NCBI GenBank assembly: GCA_016932415.1
Contig: JAFGCX010000001.1
Span: 17,934-81,933, forward strand
Length of the DNA: 64,000 nucleotides
Source of the DNA: Candidatus Krumholzibacteriota bacterium
Lineage (GTDB): Bacteria > Krumholzibacteriota > Krumholzibacteriia > Krumholzibacteriales > Krumholzibacteriaceae
Direction of reading: 5' to 3'
This document shows positions 17,543 through 27,512 of the stretch, piece after piece. How positions within the stretch are numbered: position 1 is the stretch's first letter; every line of letters begins with the position of its first letter. The position numbers were made by a program, and so were the translations under genes. The notes under the pieces are model-generated. The model was not told the origin of the DNA. It did no database searches and saw only the letters and a program-made list of their open reading frames with translations.

Positions 17543-20347
17543 TTAAAAATTGAAGCCGATGAAGAAATCAAAGTTCGTATCGGCGGCTATCGTCTTGAAA
17601 TCGGTCTTCCTGACAAAATTGACCCGTATCACGGGCAGATATCCGAGATTCATCTCCACTCCAGTACCGATGCTTCCTATCCAGCCGGTATCATAGATGA
17701 ACCCATCGACCTTGCCCGCATCAACAAAGACCGAACCCCTGAATACGGGAAACTCGATATGTCCGAAAGGGAACCTTATCAGAAGATCGTCGACAAGAGG
17801 AAACCTGAATTCGCTGTTAAGCAGGAAGATAGCCTTTCCGGCGTACTGCCTGAAATCATACCCCCTCAGGTCCCAGGCTCCACCGAGATAAAAAAGCTGG
17901 ATATCGCTGCCCCATGCTTTACGCGTCACCAGCCTCTGCGCGAAGACGAACCTGGGGCCGAAATTTATATAATGCCTGAGATCGAACTGAAAGGTCGTGC
18001 TTTCGTATCTCGATCCATTGATGTCGAATGACCTTCCAAGGGATATATTCATCCTGTGTCCGTTGAGCGGCCCTCCCACCGTCCAGACGATATTATCCGA
18101 GGTAAAGGAAAGATGATTCGAGACGAGGGTCGTCTTGCCGACCTGCGTTCCCAGGTAGGTGATATCATCATCTCGTTCCATGTATTTAAAGATAGTCTGA
18201 AAATCGACCCGCCTGAATCTTGATATCGGGTAGCTCAGGCCGGCCATGACTCCATATCGCCTTTCAAACCTTATCAATCCGTGGACCGAACCGATATACC
18301 CGGCAAGATGAAATGCGCCGAAAGCGTAGTTCAGCCGCTCTTTTTCGTTTATGTAGGTGAACCCCAGGTTCGCGTTATCCCAGAAATCAGAAAAATCATC
18401 AGAAGCGCTGCCGAAAAGAAACACCAGATGATGATCGCTCATCACGTCGGTAAGAAAGATCTGGGCTCCGTTTCCCATGTACCCGTAATCAGGATCGACG
18501 GAAAAAGCGGCCGCGATCAGATCAAGTCCGAATCTGAGGTTGTAATCCTTGTTGAGGTACACCGATGTCGAATCACTCGGCCTGGGGTCCCAGGAAATAT
18601 CGATTTTCCCCGGCATATTCCTGGCGCTGACGATATTATCGTATTCGATTATTTTCCTGTAGACGTGATAGGCTCCTTCGCTGTATGCCGAGAGGAGAAA
18701 AGTATCGCCATCGTATTCGGGGACAGGTTCAAAGGCCCCTCCGAGGAGGTTTGTCTGCCTGTAGAGGACTCCATCTTTTTGAAGGTATATGTCAAAGACC
18801 CCGTCTCTGTCCGATGAAAAGAGGATCCCGTTCCCGTCAGGCATGTACCTGGGATCGATATCCCTCTGGTGCCCGGCCGTCAGTCTTGTGATCCGCCTGG
18901 TCGCTAGGTCGATTGAGAAAATCGCCTTCTCGTCTCCAGGTTCCCCGCCTGTCCTGTCGGAACTGAATATGATCGTTTTTCCGTCAGGATGCCAGTCGGG
19001 GCTCAGGTCTTCATAATAGTCGTCGGTGATCCTCTCAAGCGTCCCGTCATCGAGATCCTTTATATACAGATCTGTCTTTCCTTTGTTATCCAGAGCGGAA
19101 AATACGACTGATTTTCCATCGCGCGAGATGACGGGAGAATTTATCATCCTGACCTCATCACACCTGACCGATGATATTATCTTTTCTTCATCCGCGCGGT
19201 AGAGGTATATCACATCCCTCTTTCCGGATTTTGAAACGAATACAAGAGTATCATTCCTTGACGATATGCGGCTTCTCAGGAGTGGTATCGATTCAAACCT
19301 GTCACTCCTTCCTCCTTCTATGATTGTCCTTTTTTTCTGCCTCCCCCTCTTGTCTTTTTCAAGTTCGAATATATCGATACTTCCCAGCCCGAATCCGGTG
19401 CAGAACGTTCTATCCTTCGAATCAGAACCCCTTATTGAAGCGGGATGATTTTCAAAAGACCTTTCTTCCGGCGAAAGCCTTTCGAGTATTTCAAAAGCCT
19501 GTCTTCGTGTCATCACGGACGGATAATATCTTTTCTTGAGGTATTCCCGGTAATCCCTGTCGAGGCGGTTCTGGCCGATGCCTATCGTGCTGAGCAGGAT
19601 CAGGTCGAATTTGTCCGATTTCCACCAGTTCTCATGGATCATCCTTATTGCATCATCACCGAACCTCGTCGCGATATAGTGAAGTACCGATTCTCCATGT
19701 TTGTACATCATATAAGTTCCCATTATCCGCCACAGGTCGTCGAGGTAGTATAACCTGTCTGTAATGACCGCGTCGCGCATGAACATCTCGGCTTCGCTGT
19801 CCATCCCGCGAAGGGCGAGGAATTCCGCGAGACCTTCAGTAAACCAGAGAGGCGGATGCATGTATGTGTATCTTCGTTGCCTGTGCATCACGACACGAAG
19901 TTTTTCAAGCATGAATACGTGTACCATTTCGTGCCTGAATACTCTCTTGAGCTTCCCATAAGATCCCATGAAAGGGATCGCGACCCGTCCCTTGATGAAT
20001 TCAGTGAACCCTCCCGTTCCTTCAGATATGGTGTAAGGTATTATATTCGTCTCCTTGAAATCGTGATGCGTTCCATAAAGAATTATGGGGACGCGCCTCT
20101 CGATTTCCAGGTCGAAGAAAGCAGAATATTCCTCATAGACTTCTTCGGCCATACCGGCGATGAACTCGGCGATAGCCAGCTCGTCGGGATAGTAATAGAT
20201 ATCCATGTGCTCGGTCTCAATAACCCGCCATCCTTTTGGGTAGTATTGTACTTTGTTTTTTCCGAATGGATACTGGGCATTTGACGGGGCGGGATTCAGA
20301 ATGGCGAGAACAGTGATGAAATACAGAATTACTCGGACTCTCCGCAT
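17543..20347 (-). CDS. outer-membrane protein: signal peptide + gluzincin-like metallopeptidase domain + PD40/TolB-like β-propeller repeats + C-terminal Omp85/BamA-type β-barrel
   Basis: Start is reset to MRRVRVILYFITVLAILNPAPSNAQ (a signal peptide) with AGGAGG upstream. HEMVH plus a downstream EGLAEF matches Peptidase_MA_2-like zinc ligands. PD40 repeats are present (DLSPDWHPDGKTIIFSSDR; DPRYMPDGNGILFSSDRDG). The C-terminal ~350 aa look like an Omp85 barrel (GG..DLRGY…FVDAG…) ending in an aromatic residue (…FIGFNF). Confidence 0.7.
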   Translation of the reverse strand: MRRVRVILYFITVLAILNPAPSNAQYPFGKNKVQYYPKGWRVIETEHMDIYYYPDELAIAEFIAGMAEEVYEEYSAFFDLEIERRVPIILYGTHHDFKETNIIPYTISEGTGGFTEFIKGRVAIPFMGSYGKLKRVFRHEMVHVFMLEKLRVVMHRQRRYTYMHPPLWFTEGLAEFLALRGMDSEAEMFMRDAVITDRLYYLDDLWRIMGTYMMYKHGESVLHYIATRFGDDAIRMIHENWWKSDKFDLILLSTIGIGQNRLDRDYREYLKKRYYPSVMTRRQAFEILERLSPEERSFENHPASIRGSDSKDRTFCTGFGLGSIDIFELEKDKRGRQKKRTIIEGGRSDRFESIPLLRSRISSRNDTLVFVSKSGKRDVIYLYRADEEKIISSVRCDEVRMINSPVISRDGKSVVFSALDNKGKTDLYIKDLDDGTLERITDDYYEDLSPDWHPDGKTIIFSSDRTGGEPGDEKAIFSIDLATRRITRLTAGHQRDIDPRYMPDGNGILFSSDRDGVFDIYLQKDGVLYRQTNLLGGAFEPVPEYDGDTFLLSAYSEGAYHVYRKIIEYDNIVSARNMPGKIDISWDPRPSDSTSVYLNKDYNLRFGLDLIAAAFSVDPDYGYMGNGAQIFLTDVMSDHHLVFLFGSASDDFSDFWDNANLGFTYINEKERLNYAFGAFHLAGYIGSVHGLIRFERRYGVMAGLSYPISRFRRVDFQTIFKYMERDDDITYLGTQVGKTTLVSNHLSFTSDNIVWTVGGPLNGHRMNISLGRSFDINGSRYESTTFQFDLRHYINFGPRFVFAQRLVTRKAWGSDIQLFYLGGAWDLRGYDFRQYAGKAIFLLNSEFRFPLVDDLLIRFPFGHIEFPVFRGSVFVDAGKVDGFIYDTGWIGSIGTGVEMNLGYLPVIRVNFVRKTDFKTIAADTNFDFFIGFNF

Positions 20348-20404
20348 ATATCCTCCTGGCAGGTCACAATCAAATCTGTGAGAATCCGCAGAAGATATCA
20401 AGAC

Positions 20405-21232
20405 TTATCGTTCGTATCCCGTTACCGGTATCGTTCCGGTGAAAGATACGACTGCCGGGCCGGACAGGTGACAATCGGTCGCACCCGTATCGTCAAGAGT
20501 GAATTCAACCTGCAGGATATCCCCGCCCGAAGTCTCGCAGCTTACCGGAGATGACGTCAGGCCCATTTTTGATGTGATCACCGAGATAGCGACGGCTCCC
20601 GTACCGCAAGCCAGGGTCTCATCTTCCACTCCTCTTTCATATGTCCTGTACGAGAGCGAATGCCTGCCGCGCACCGTTACGAGGTTGAAGTTCGTTCCTT
20701 CCGGAGCGAAAGCCCGATCGTTGCGTATCAACCTCGCGAGAGCGAGGAACCGCTCACCGCCTATCTTCCGGACGTCTTCGTCAAGAAGCATCGCGTGAGG
20801 GACCCCGCAAATGGCGAACCACGGTTTTAGATCCGATCCTTCAAGCTTCAATGAGCCTGAAACCCGATCGACTCTTCCGATCAGTATCTTTACGCCATCA
20901 TCGAGTATCTCCGCCCTGATATCACCTGAACCGGTCGCGAACGACATCCTTTTTCCCGCGATTTTCCTGTTGTAGGCGAATAAAGCGGCGCATCTTGCCC
21001 CGTTACCGCACATCTGAGCTTCTCCGCCGTCGCGGTTGAAATACCGCATGCGAAAATCACGGTGGTCGTCAGGCTGTATCAGGATCAGGCCGTCAGCTCC
21101 TATGCCGGTATGAAGTCTGCAGAGAGATTCGATGAGCCTGGGTGAGATATCAGGACGGCGTTCAGGATCGTCGATCATGATAAAATCGTTACCTGCTCCA
21201 TGCATCTTTTCGAAATATATATTATCGCTCAT
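20405..21232 (-). CDS. dapF: diaminopimelate epimerase
   Basis: MSDNIYFEKMHGAGNDFIMID…, with both catalytic Cys regions (CGNGARC…CGTGAVA). Confidence 0.9.
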   Translation of the reverse strand: MSDNIYFEKMHGAGNDFIMIDDPERRPDISPRLIESLCRLHTGIGADGLILIQPDDHRDFRMRYFNRDGGEAQMCGNGARCAALFAYNRKIAGKRMSFATGSGDIRAEILDDGVKILIGRVDRVSGSLKLEGSDLKPWFAICGVPHAMLLDEDVRKIGGERFLALARLIRNDRAFAPEGTNFNLVTVRGRHSLSYRTYERGVEDETLACGTGAVAISVITSKMGLTSSPVSCETSGGDILQVEFTLDDTGATDCHLSGPAVVSFTGTIPVTGYER

Positions 21233-22292
21233 CCTTCTCCCACGTTGTCAGTTCAACGGTAGCGAGGACCCTGGCTTCACCCGGGTCTATCTTAAGCGTA
21301 TCGGCACTGATGACAAACGGCTCAGCGAGGACTTTTGTTGAATCCTCAGGATCAGTATATTCACCGGGGATGGAATCGGGTTTCAAATCTATGAAAGATA
21401 TCCACTGATATATACCGGGAACTGCCTTTCTTACGAAATAACTGCCCGTCGTATCCGCCTGCGCGTAGTAAAAGATATCTTCCTTTTCCAGGTTGTTGAA
21501 TCTTACCGCTCCCTGACCCGGAAACGCCGTCATGTTCCGGATCACTCCCTTTATTGTGCCCGGTTCGTCAGGATCGATTATATTCATATCGACACTCCCG
21601 ATCGACCGATCGAGGGAAGAGAGAAGAATAGTATCAGGGTATGCTGTCGCGAATTCTTTTCCAGCCGAATACCTGCCATCAGAATCCTTGTCGATAAAAG
21701 ACCATACAAGGTATCTGTTTCCTCCGGCCGGCAGCGCTCGGAACCGGTAATCACCGAATTTGTCAGCAAAAGCGGTCCTTGATTCCTTTTCCCTGTAAAG
21801 ATCCGATATCGTGTCCTCGCTGATTCTCACGAGGCGCGCCACGCCACTGGAATCAGGTCTCTGCTTGAAAAGTATCTTTCCGGATATCTCTCCCGATTCA
21901 AGAGAATCTGAAGTGGAAAAAAAGAAGATGTGATTCTTCCTGCTGACGACAAGGTGATCATCCTTGAACCCTGATTTGATAAGCACGCAGATCGTCGTTT
22001 CCGGAAGTTCCTCGCGGAAATTGATGACCAGGTCGGTCCCCCTTGTGTATATCTTCTCAAAATCAAGGGCCGGATATGTCTCGATCCGGCTCTTGAAACT
22101 CTCGCCATCGACTTTTTCGGAGAAGGAAATAACGACATCGGATTCCCTTCCCACTCCGGTCGAATCTGCAGTAGGGGATGTCGAGATGACAGATGGAGGA
22201 GTCTTGTCCTCAGGCCCCCCCGTCGGCGGTTTCACGACCGCGCAGGCGGTCATCAACAAGAATACGGCCGAAAATATAAATCGTGTCCTCAA
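21222..22292 (-). CDS. putative lipoprotein with Ig-like (SbsA/Big-type) domain, function unknown
   Basis: Signal peptide with a lipobox-like LLMTAC. Pro/Thr-rich linker followed by β-rich domains. TTG start with AGGGAG SD. Confidence 0.45.
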   Translation of the reverse strand: MRTRFIFSAVFLLMTACAVVKPPTGGPEDKTPPSVISTSPTADSTGVGRESDVVISFSEKVDGESFKSRIETYPALDFEKIYTRGTDLVINFREELPETTICVLIKSGFKDDHLVVSRKNHIFFFSTSDSLESGEISGKILFKQRPDSSGVARLVRISEDTISDLYREKESRTAFADKFGDYRFRALPAGGNRYLVWSFIDKDSDGRYSAGKEFATAYPDTILLSSLDRSIGSVDMNIIDPDEPGTIKGVIRNMTAFPGQGAVRFNNLEKEDIFYYAQADTTGSYFVRKAVPGIYQWISFIDLKPDSIPGEYTDPEDSTKVLAEPFVISADTLKIDPGEARVLATVELTTWEKDER

Positions 22293-22295
22293 ACT

Positions 22296-23237
22296 CTATA
22301 ACTCCCTGTCCGTCGGCATAAGCAGGGCTATGATCGCCCTCTGGATATGAAGCCTGTTTTCTGCCTCATCGTAGACGACCGAATTCGCGCTGTCGATAAC
22401 GGAATCTGTCACTTCTTCGCCTCTGTGAGCTGGCAGGCAATGCATGAAGAGGGCATCGCTTTTAGCCATACCCATCAGGCGGTCATTCACCTGGTATTCT
22501 TTGAATTTTTCAAGCCTCTGAGCTTTCTCCGCCTCCTGCCCCATACTGGTCCACACGTCTGCGTAGACGACATCGGCGTCTTTGACTGCTTCTGCCGGAT
22601 CTTCTATCCATTCATAATCGGGATTGCCGTCGTTGGCCACCTCTTTGACGAATGAATCGTCGATCTGATATCCGGCGGGAGATGTCAGGACGAATTTGAA
22701 TGGAAATCTCGCCGCGGCGTTCAACCAGCTTCTAGATACGTTGTTTCCATCTCCAATGAATACTATCTTCTGCCCCTCGATCGAACCGCGATGCTCGATC
22801 ACCGTCATTATGTCACCCATTATCTGACAAGGGTGCAGCAGGTCTGTCAATCCGTTGATCACCGGAACAGTCGAGTTCGCGGCAAGTTCTTCGACCATCT
22901 TCTGATCGAACGTCCTGATCATGATACCGTCGATGAATCTTGAGAGCACTTCGCCGACATCTTTGGGAGCTTCCCTCGTTCCGATTCCTATCTCCTTGTC
23001 CGTAATATAAAGGCTGGTACCTCCCAGCTGGGTTATCGCCACTTCGAAACTGATCCTCGTCCTGAGACTCGGTTTATGGAAGATACACCCGAGGACCCTT
23101 CCCGGATGAGTAGGAGGAAGGGTGAAATTCCTGGCCAGCGGCTTCTGCTTTTTGCACAAGGCAAATATCTTTTCAAGCTCTTCCGTTGAGAAATCCCTGA
23201 TTGATAGAAAATCCTTTTTGCTTAATTTCGACATCAT
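22296..23237 (-). CDS. argF: ornithine carbamoyltransferase
   Basis: STRTR carbamoyl-phosphate motif and HCLPA, which is the OTCase signature rather than the ATCase HPLP. TAGGAGGG SD. Confidence 0.85.
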   Translation of the reverse strand: MMSKLSKKDFLSIRDFSTEELEKIFALCKKQKPLARNFTLPPTHPGRVLGCIFHKPSLRTRISFEVAITQLGGTSLYITDKEIGIGTREAPKDVGEVLSRFIDGIMIRTFDQKMVEELAANSTVPVINGLTDLLHPCQIMGDIMTVIEHRGSIEGQKIVFIGDGNNVSRSWLNAAARFPFKFVLTSPAGYQIDDSFVKEVANDGNPDYEWIEDPAEAVKDADVVYADVWTSMGQEAEKAQRLEKFKEYQVNDRLMGMAKSDALFMHCLPAHRGEEVTDSVIDSANSVVYDEAENRLHIQRAIIALLMPTDREL

Positions 23238-23242
23238 CCCTC

Positions 23243-24583
23243 CTAAAGAATGTAGTTAGCAAGATCGTCATCTTCAGCGATCTTTTCGAGTTTATCCCTC
23301 ACTGTCTTTTCGTTTATAGTGACCTTACTCTTCCCTTCATCCGGCAGGTCGTAGAGAAGATCCTCGAGAAGGCTGCTCAGGATCGTGTGCAGTCTCCTCG
23401 CCCCGATATTCTGCATCTTCTGATTGACCCTGAAAGCAAGGGAAGCTATCTCTTTTATAGCTCCGCGTGTGAATCTGATCGAACAACCCTCCGTCTCGAT
23501 CAAAGCGGTATACTGCTTGATCAGGGCGTTCTCAGGCTCAAGAAGTATCCTTTCGAAATCGGCCGCGCTGAGAGCCTTGAGTTCCACCCTTATCGGAAAT
23601 CTACCCTGCAGTTCCGGCACGAGGTCGGAAGGTTTCGACATGTGAAAAGCACCCGCCGCCATGAAGAGGATATGATCTGTTTTCACCGTTCCATGCTTGG
23701 TGTTTACACTGGACCCCTCGATTATTGGAAGAATATCCCTCTGCACTCCCTCCCTGGAGACATCCGGACCATGACTGCTTCCCGTCCTGGCGATCTTGTC
23801 TATCTCGTCTATAAATACGATCCCTGACTCTTCAACCGCCCTGACAGCCCTTGAAACGATCGTATCGATATCGACAAGATTCTCCTTTTCTTCCTGAACA
23901 AGAATCTTTCTCGCCTCCAGCACCGATACCCGCCGACCCTTTTTTTTCTTTGGGATTATCCTGTCCATACCTTCGGGGAATTTTACTCCCATCTCTTCGA
24001 ATCCGGCTCCGGTAAATATCTCGATCATCGGGTTTGACCTGTCAACGATCTCAATTGTGACCTCTCGCGCGTCTAGGTCTCCCTGCCGGAGTTTTACTTT
24101 CAACTTTTCTTTGGTGCGGGCCCTTCTTTCGTCGGCTTCAGGGTCGTCTTTCAGCACGGAGACGGATCTTGCCGGCAGGAGCAGTTCCAGGATCTTTTCT
24201 TCTGCTATTTCCAGAGCTCTTTCCTCGACCTCGACAAAAAGGCTTTCCTTCTCCATGTTAATGCTTATCTCTACCAGGTCCCTGATCATCGATTCGACGT
24301 CTCTGCCGACATATCCGACTTCGGTGAATTTCGTCGCCTCGACCTTTATGAAGGGAGCCTGGGCAAGTTTAGCCAGCCTTCTTGCGATCTCGGTCTTTCC
24401 GACTCCCGTCGGCCCTATCATTATGATATTGTTCGGAAGTATCTCCTCCTTGAGGCCCTCCCCGACTCTCTTCCTTCTCCAACGGTTCCGTAGCGCGATA
24501 GCTACGGACTTTTTAGCTTCATCCTGCCCGATAATATATTTATCCAGCTCCTGTACGATCTCGCGTGGAGTGAATTCCTTCAT
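23243..24583 (-). CDS. hslU: ATP-dependent protease ATPase subunit HslU
   Basis: PREIVQELDKYIIGQDEAKK…, with Walker A (GPTGVGKT) and the I-domain. Confidence 0.9.
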   Translation of the reverse strand: MKEFTPREIVQELDKYIIGQDEAKKSVAIALRNRWRRKRVGEGLKEEILPNNIIMIGPTGVGKTEIARRLAKLAQAPFIKVEATKFTEVGYVGRDVESMIRDLVEISINMEKESLFVEVEERALEIAEEKILELLLPARSVSVLKDDPEADERRARTKEKLKVKLRQGDLDAREVTIEIVDRSNPMIEIFTGAGFEEMGVKFPEGMDRIIPKKKKGRRVSVLEARKILVQEEKENLVDIDTIVSRAVRAVEESGIVFIDEIDKIARTGSSHGPDVSREGVQRDILPIIEGSSVNTKHGTVKTDHILFMAAGAFHMSKPSDLVPELQGRFPIRVELKALSAADFERILLEPENALIKQYTALIETEGCSIRFTRGAIKEIASLAFRVNQKMQNIGARRLHTILSSLLEDLLYDLPDEGKSKVTINEKTVRDKLEKIAEDDDLANYIL

Positions 24584-24593
24584 CTCGACTACC

Positions 24594-25121
24594 TCATATC
24601 GTTTCGATGGTGATGTTGTCGTTGGTGTATATACAGATCTCCGAAGCGATTCTAAGTGCCTCGGCCACGATCTCCGCGGCCGGCAGTTTCGAGTGTTTTC
24701 TCAATGCCCTTGCCGCCGCCAGGGCGAAGGGACCTCCCGAGCCTATCGCGAGGATACCGTCATCCGGCTCGACGACATCCCCCCTTCCCGAGATTATAAG
24801 TGAATGTTTTGAATCTATCACTGCGAGGAGAGCTTCGAGATTTCGAAGCACCTTGTCGCTTCTCCATTCCTTTGCCGTCTCGACGGCGGCTTTCATAAGA
24901 TTATTATTGTACTGTTCGAGTTTTCCCTCAAACTTGGAAAAAAGGGTCATCGCGTCGGCGGTGCTTCCGGCAAATCCGGCAAGGACCTGGCCATTGCCAA
25001 GGCTTCTGATCTTCTTAGCTCCGTGCTTGACTACCGTGGCTCCGAAAGTGACCTGTCCGTCTCCTCCGATGGCGACGTTTTTTCCTTCTCTCATGCCAAG
25101 AATCGTCGTTCCTTTAAACAT
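24594..25121 (-). CDS. hslV: ATP-dependent protease subunit HslV
   Basis: Start is set at [26 protein letters not shown], with a GGAGGGTGA SD formed by the GTG-containing upstream codons. Catalytic Thr sits after a 4-aa pro-segment. Confidence 0.85.
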   Translation of the reverse strand: MFKGTTILGMREGKNVAIGGDGQVTFGATVVKHGAKKIRSLGNGQVLAGFAGSTADAMTLFSKFEGKLEQYNNNLMKAAVETAKEWRSDKVLRNLEALLAVIDSKHSLIISGRGDVVEPDDGILAIGSGGPFALAAARALRKHSKLPAAEIVAEALRIASEICIYTNDNITIETI

Positions 25122-25235
25122 TTCACCCTCCACACTGGGACTTCCGAATTAATATATTCAAATAGCCCGTACAATCAACCGATTATTTCCCAAAGCCTTG
25201 ACGCGATCCTGACAACTGGCGGTCTTACCATGATC

Positions 25236-26171
25236 TCAGGCTCTCGGATGCGCCTTGTCATATATCTCCCGAAGCCTTTCAGTGGTGACATGCGTGTAGA
25301 TCTGCGTCGTAGAGAGATTCGCGTGCCCGAGAAGGTCCTGGACCGCTCTGAGGTCAGCCCCCGCGTCTAGAAGATGCGTAGCGAACGTATGCCGCAGCAC
25401 ATGCGGGCTCATCTTTGACATCGTTCCGACCTGCTGCAGATATTTCTTCACGATCCTCTGTATCGTTCTCCTGCTGATCCTCTTTCCGCCGGGGCCGGAG
25501 ATAAGAGGCCGGTTGTTCTCTCCTCCAAGAAACTCTATACTCCGGGACCTGTCGTTGAAGACCGACCGCGGGACCCCGTATTCATTCTCAATATACCTTT
25601 TAAGGGATATCGCCGCTTCTCCTGATAGCGGAAGAAGCCTTTCCTTGTTTCGCTTGCCGAGGACCCTTATCACGCAACTGCTGAAATCGCAGTCTCCGGT
25701 ATCACACCCTGTCAATTCGGCGAGCCTCATCCCTGTTCCATAGAGAAGTTCCAGGACCGCCCTGTCGCGAATTCCCTTTTTGCTTGTAAGATCAGGTATA
25801 TCCATCATCTTCTGCATTATCTCCCTCGCGGCGAATACCGGAAGATCCCTCCCTCTCTTCGGATTGGACATACCCGAGACGGGATTTTTCTCAAGGACTC
25901 CTTCTTTTACGCAGAAAGAGAAGAAAGATTTAAGTGAAGCTATCTTTCTTGAGACGCTTCTCGCCGAATATCCGTTTCTTGACAATGATCCAAGAAAAGA
26001 TCTGACACAGAAGGAGTCTATCTCTTTGAATCGCGGCCTCGACCCCGTCTGGTCCCTGACATGATCGAGGAACTGCAGAAGGTCCCCTTCATAAGCTCTC
26101 AGAGTAGCTTCAGAGACCCTTCGTTCGATCCCCAGATAAATGATGTATTTCTTTAAAAGATCGATCATCAT
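25236..26171 (-). CDS. xerC: tyrosine recombinase XerC
   Basis: Catalytic box HVLRHTFATHLLDAGADLRAVQDLLGHANLSTTQIYTH. It lies in the conserved trmFO–xerC–hslVU arrangement. Confidence 0.8.
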   Translation of the reverse strand: MMIDLLKKYIIYLGIERRVSEATLRAYEGDLLQFLDHVRDQTGSRPRFKEIDSFCVRSFLGSLSRNGYSARSVSRKIASLKSFFSFCVKEGVLEKNPVSGMSNPKRGRDLPVFAAREIMQKMMDIPDLTSKKGIRDRAVLELLYGTGMRLAELTGCDTGDCDFSSCVIRVLGKRNKERLLPLSGEAAISLKRYIENEYGVPRSVFNDRSRSIEFLGGENNRPLISGPGGKRISRRTIQRIVKKYLQQVGTMSKMSPHVLRHTFATHLLDAGADLRAVQDLLGHANLSTTQIYTHVTTERLREIYDKAHPRA

Positions 26172-26220
26172 CCGGTGAATATATCACAGTGATAATCATG
26201 CTTACAAGATATTACGGGAA

Positions 26221-27512
26221 TCACACTTTACCCAGAAATCCGGCGATCGCCGAGAGAGATCTTTCGTATTTTAGTGATTTCCTGTCTGTTCTCTTTCCCT
26301 GGACCGGAGGAAGGATCCCGAAGTTGGCGTTCATCGGCTGGAAAGGAGCCGGCGCGTTCGCCAGGTGACGCTGAAGAGCTCCGAGGATCGTCTCTTGTGG
26401 AAAGATCTCCTCTTTTTTACCCCTGCTCCTGTTGAAAAGATTCCTCGCCGTAAGCAATCCGTGAGCTATGGATTCGACATACCCTTCGACGCCGGTCATC
26501 TGGCCCGAAAAATAGATCCCGTCGTGCTGTCTTGACATCTGAACGCTATCGAGCAGCCTGGGCGAATCGATATATGTATTCCGGTGGATCGATCCCCAGC
26601 GCAGTATTTCCGCATTTTCCAGACCTGGTATTATTTTCATGAGTTCTTTCTGGCCCTGTCTCGTCATTCTTGTCTGAAAACCGACAAGCCCGGCCATTGT
26701 ACCGCTATGAGTCTCCTGTCTCAGTTGCAGGACGGCGTATGGTTCCTTTCCGGTGCGGGGATCTGTCAGGCCCTTTGGCTTGAGAGGCCCGTACCTTAGG
26801 GTCTCCTTTCCCCTTTCAGCCAGTACCTCTATCGGAAGACACGCGTCGAAATATTTCTTTTCCTCAAATTCATGTACTGGCGCGAGAGAAGCGCCGGAGA
26901 GAAACCTGATCAATTCATCGTATTGTTCCTTTTCGAAGGGGACATTCCAGTAATCAGCCGTTCCCTTGTCATACCTTGAAGCTTTGAAGACGCGCGAGTG
27001 ATCGATGCTCTCCACATTGACCGATATCGATATGGCGTCGTAGAAGAACAGCGTTTCACTGGAATATCTTTCAATAATGGAATCGGAAAGGTCTTTTGAT
27101 GTCAACGGTCCGGTGGCGATTATCGCTGGCCCCTCGATATCAAGATTCTTTTGTTCTTTACGGATGATATCGATATTTTCGTGATTTTCGATAGCGGAAG
27201 TGACGCTGGAACCGAACGCATCCCTGTCGACAGCCAGAGCGTGCCCGGCAGGGATCATATTCTTTCTTGCCAGATCAAGAAGCCTGCAGCCGAGGATATC
27301 CAGTTCTTTTTTCAAAAGTCCGGAAGCAGTCTGAGGCGATTCGGATTTAAGGGAATTGGAGCATACCAGCTCGGCCAGAAAGGCCGTTTTGTGAGCGGGA
27401 GTATTTGACACAGGCCGCATTTCCAGAAGACGGACTCTCATTCCCCTGTCGGCCAGCTGGAGGGCGGCTTCAGAACCAGCAAGACCCCCGCCGACGACAG
27501 TCGCGTCGTACA
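26221..27512 (-). CDS. trmFO: methylenetetrahydrofolate–tRNA-(uracil54-C5)-methyltransferase TrmFO (Gid)
   Basis: FAD-binding N-terminus MYDATVVGGGLAGSEAA. The ATG at 27510–27512 abuts the topA stop (27513–27515). The longer ORF (to 27603) would overlap topA and is rejected. Confidence 0.85.

Noticed and set aside
10818-26171. Two tyrosine recombinases as possible integrases of a mobile element
   Set aside because: Both have XerC/XerD-type catalytic boxes and sit in conserved chromosomal contexts (xerD next to scpAB; xerC in the trmFO–xerC–hslVU block). No flanking att-like repeats, tRNA or phage/transposon genes are present.
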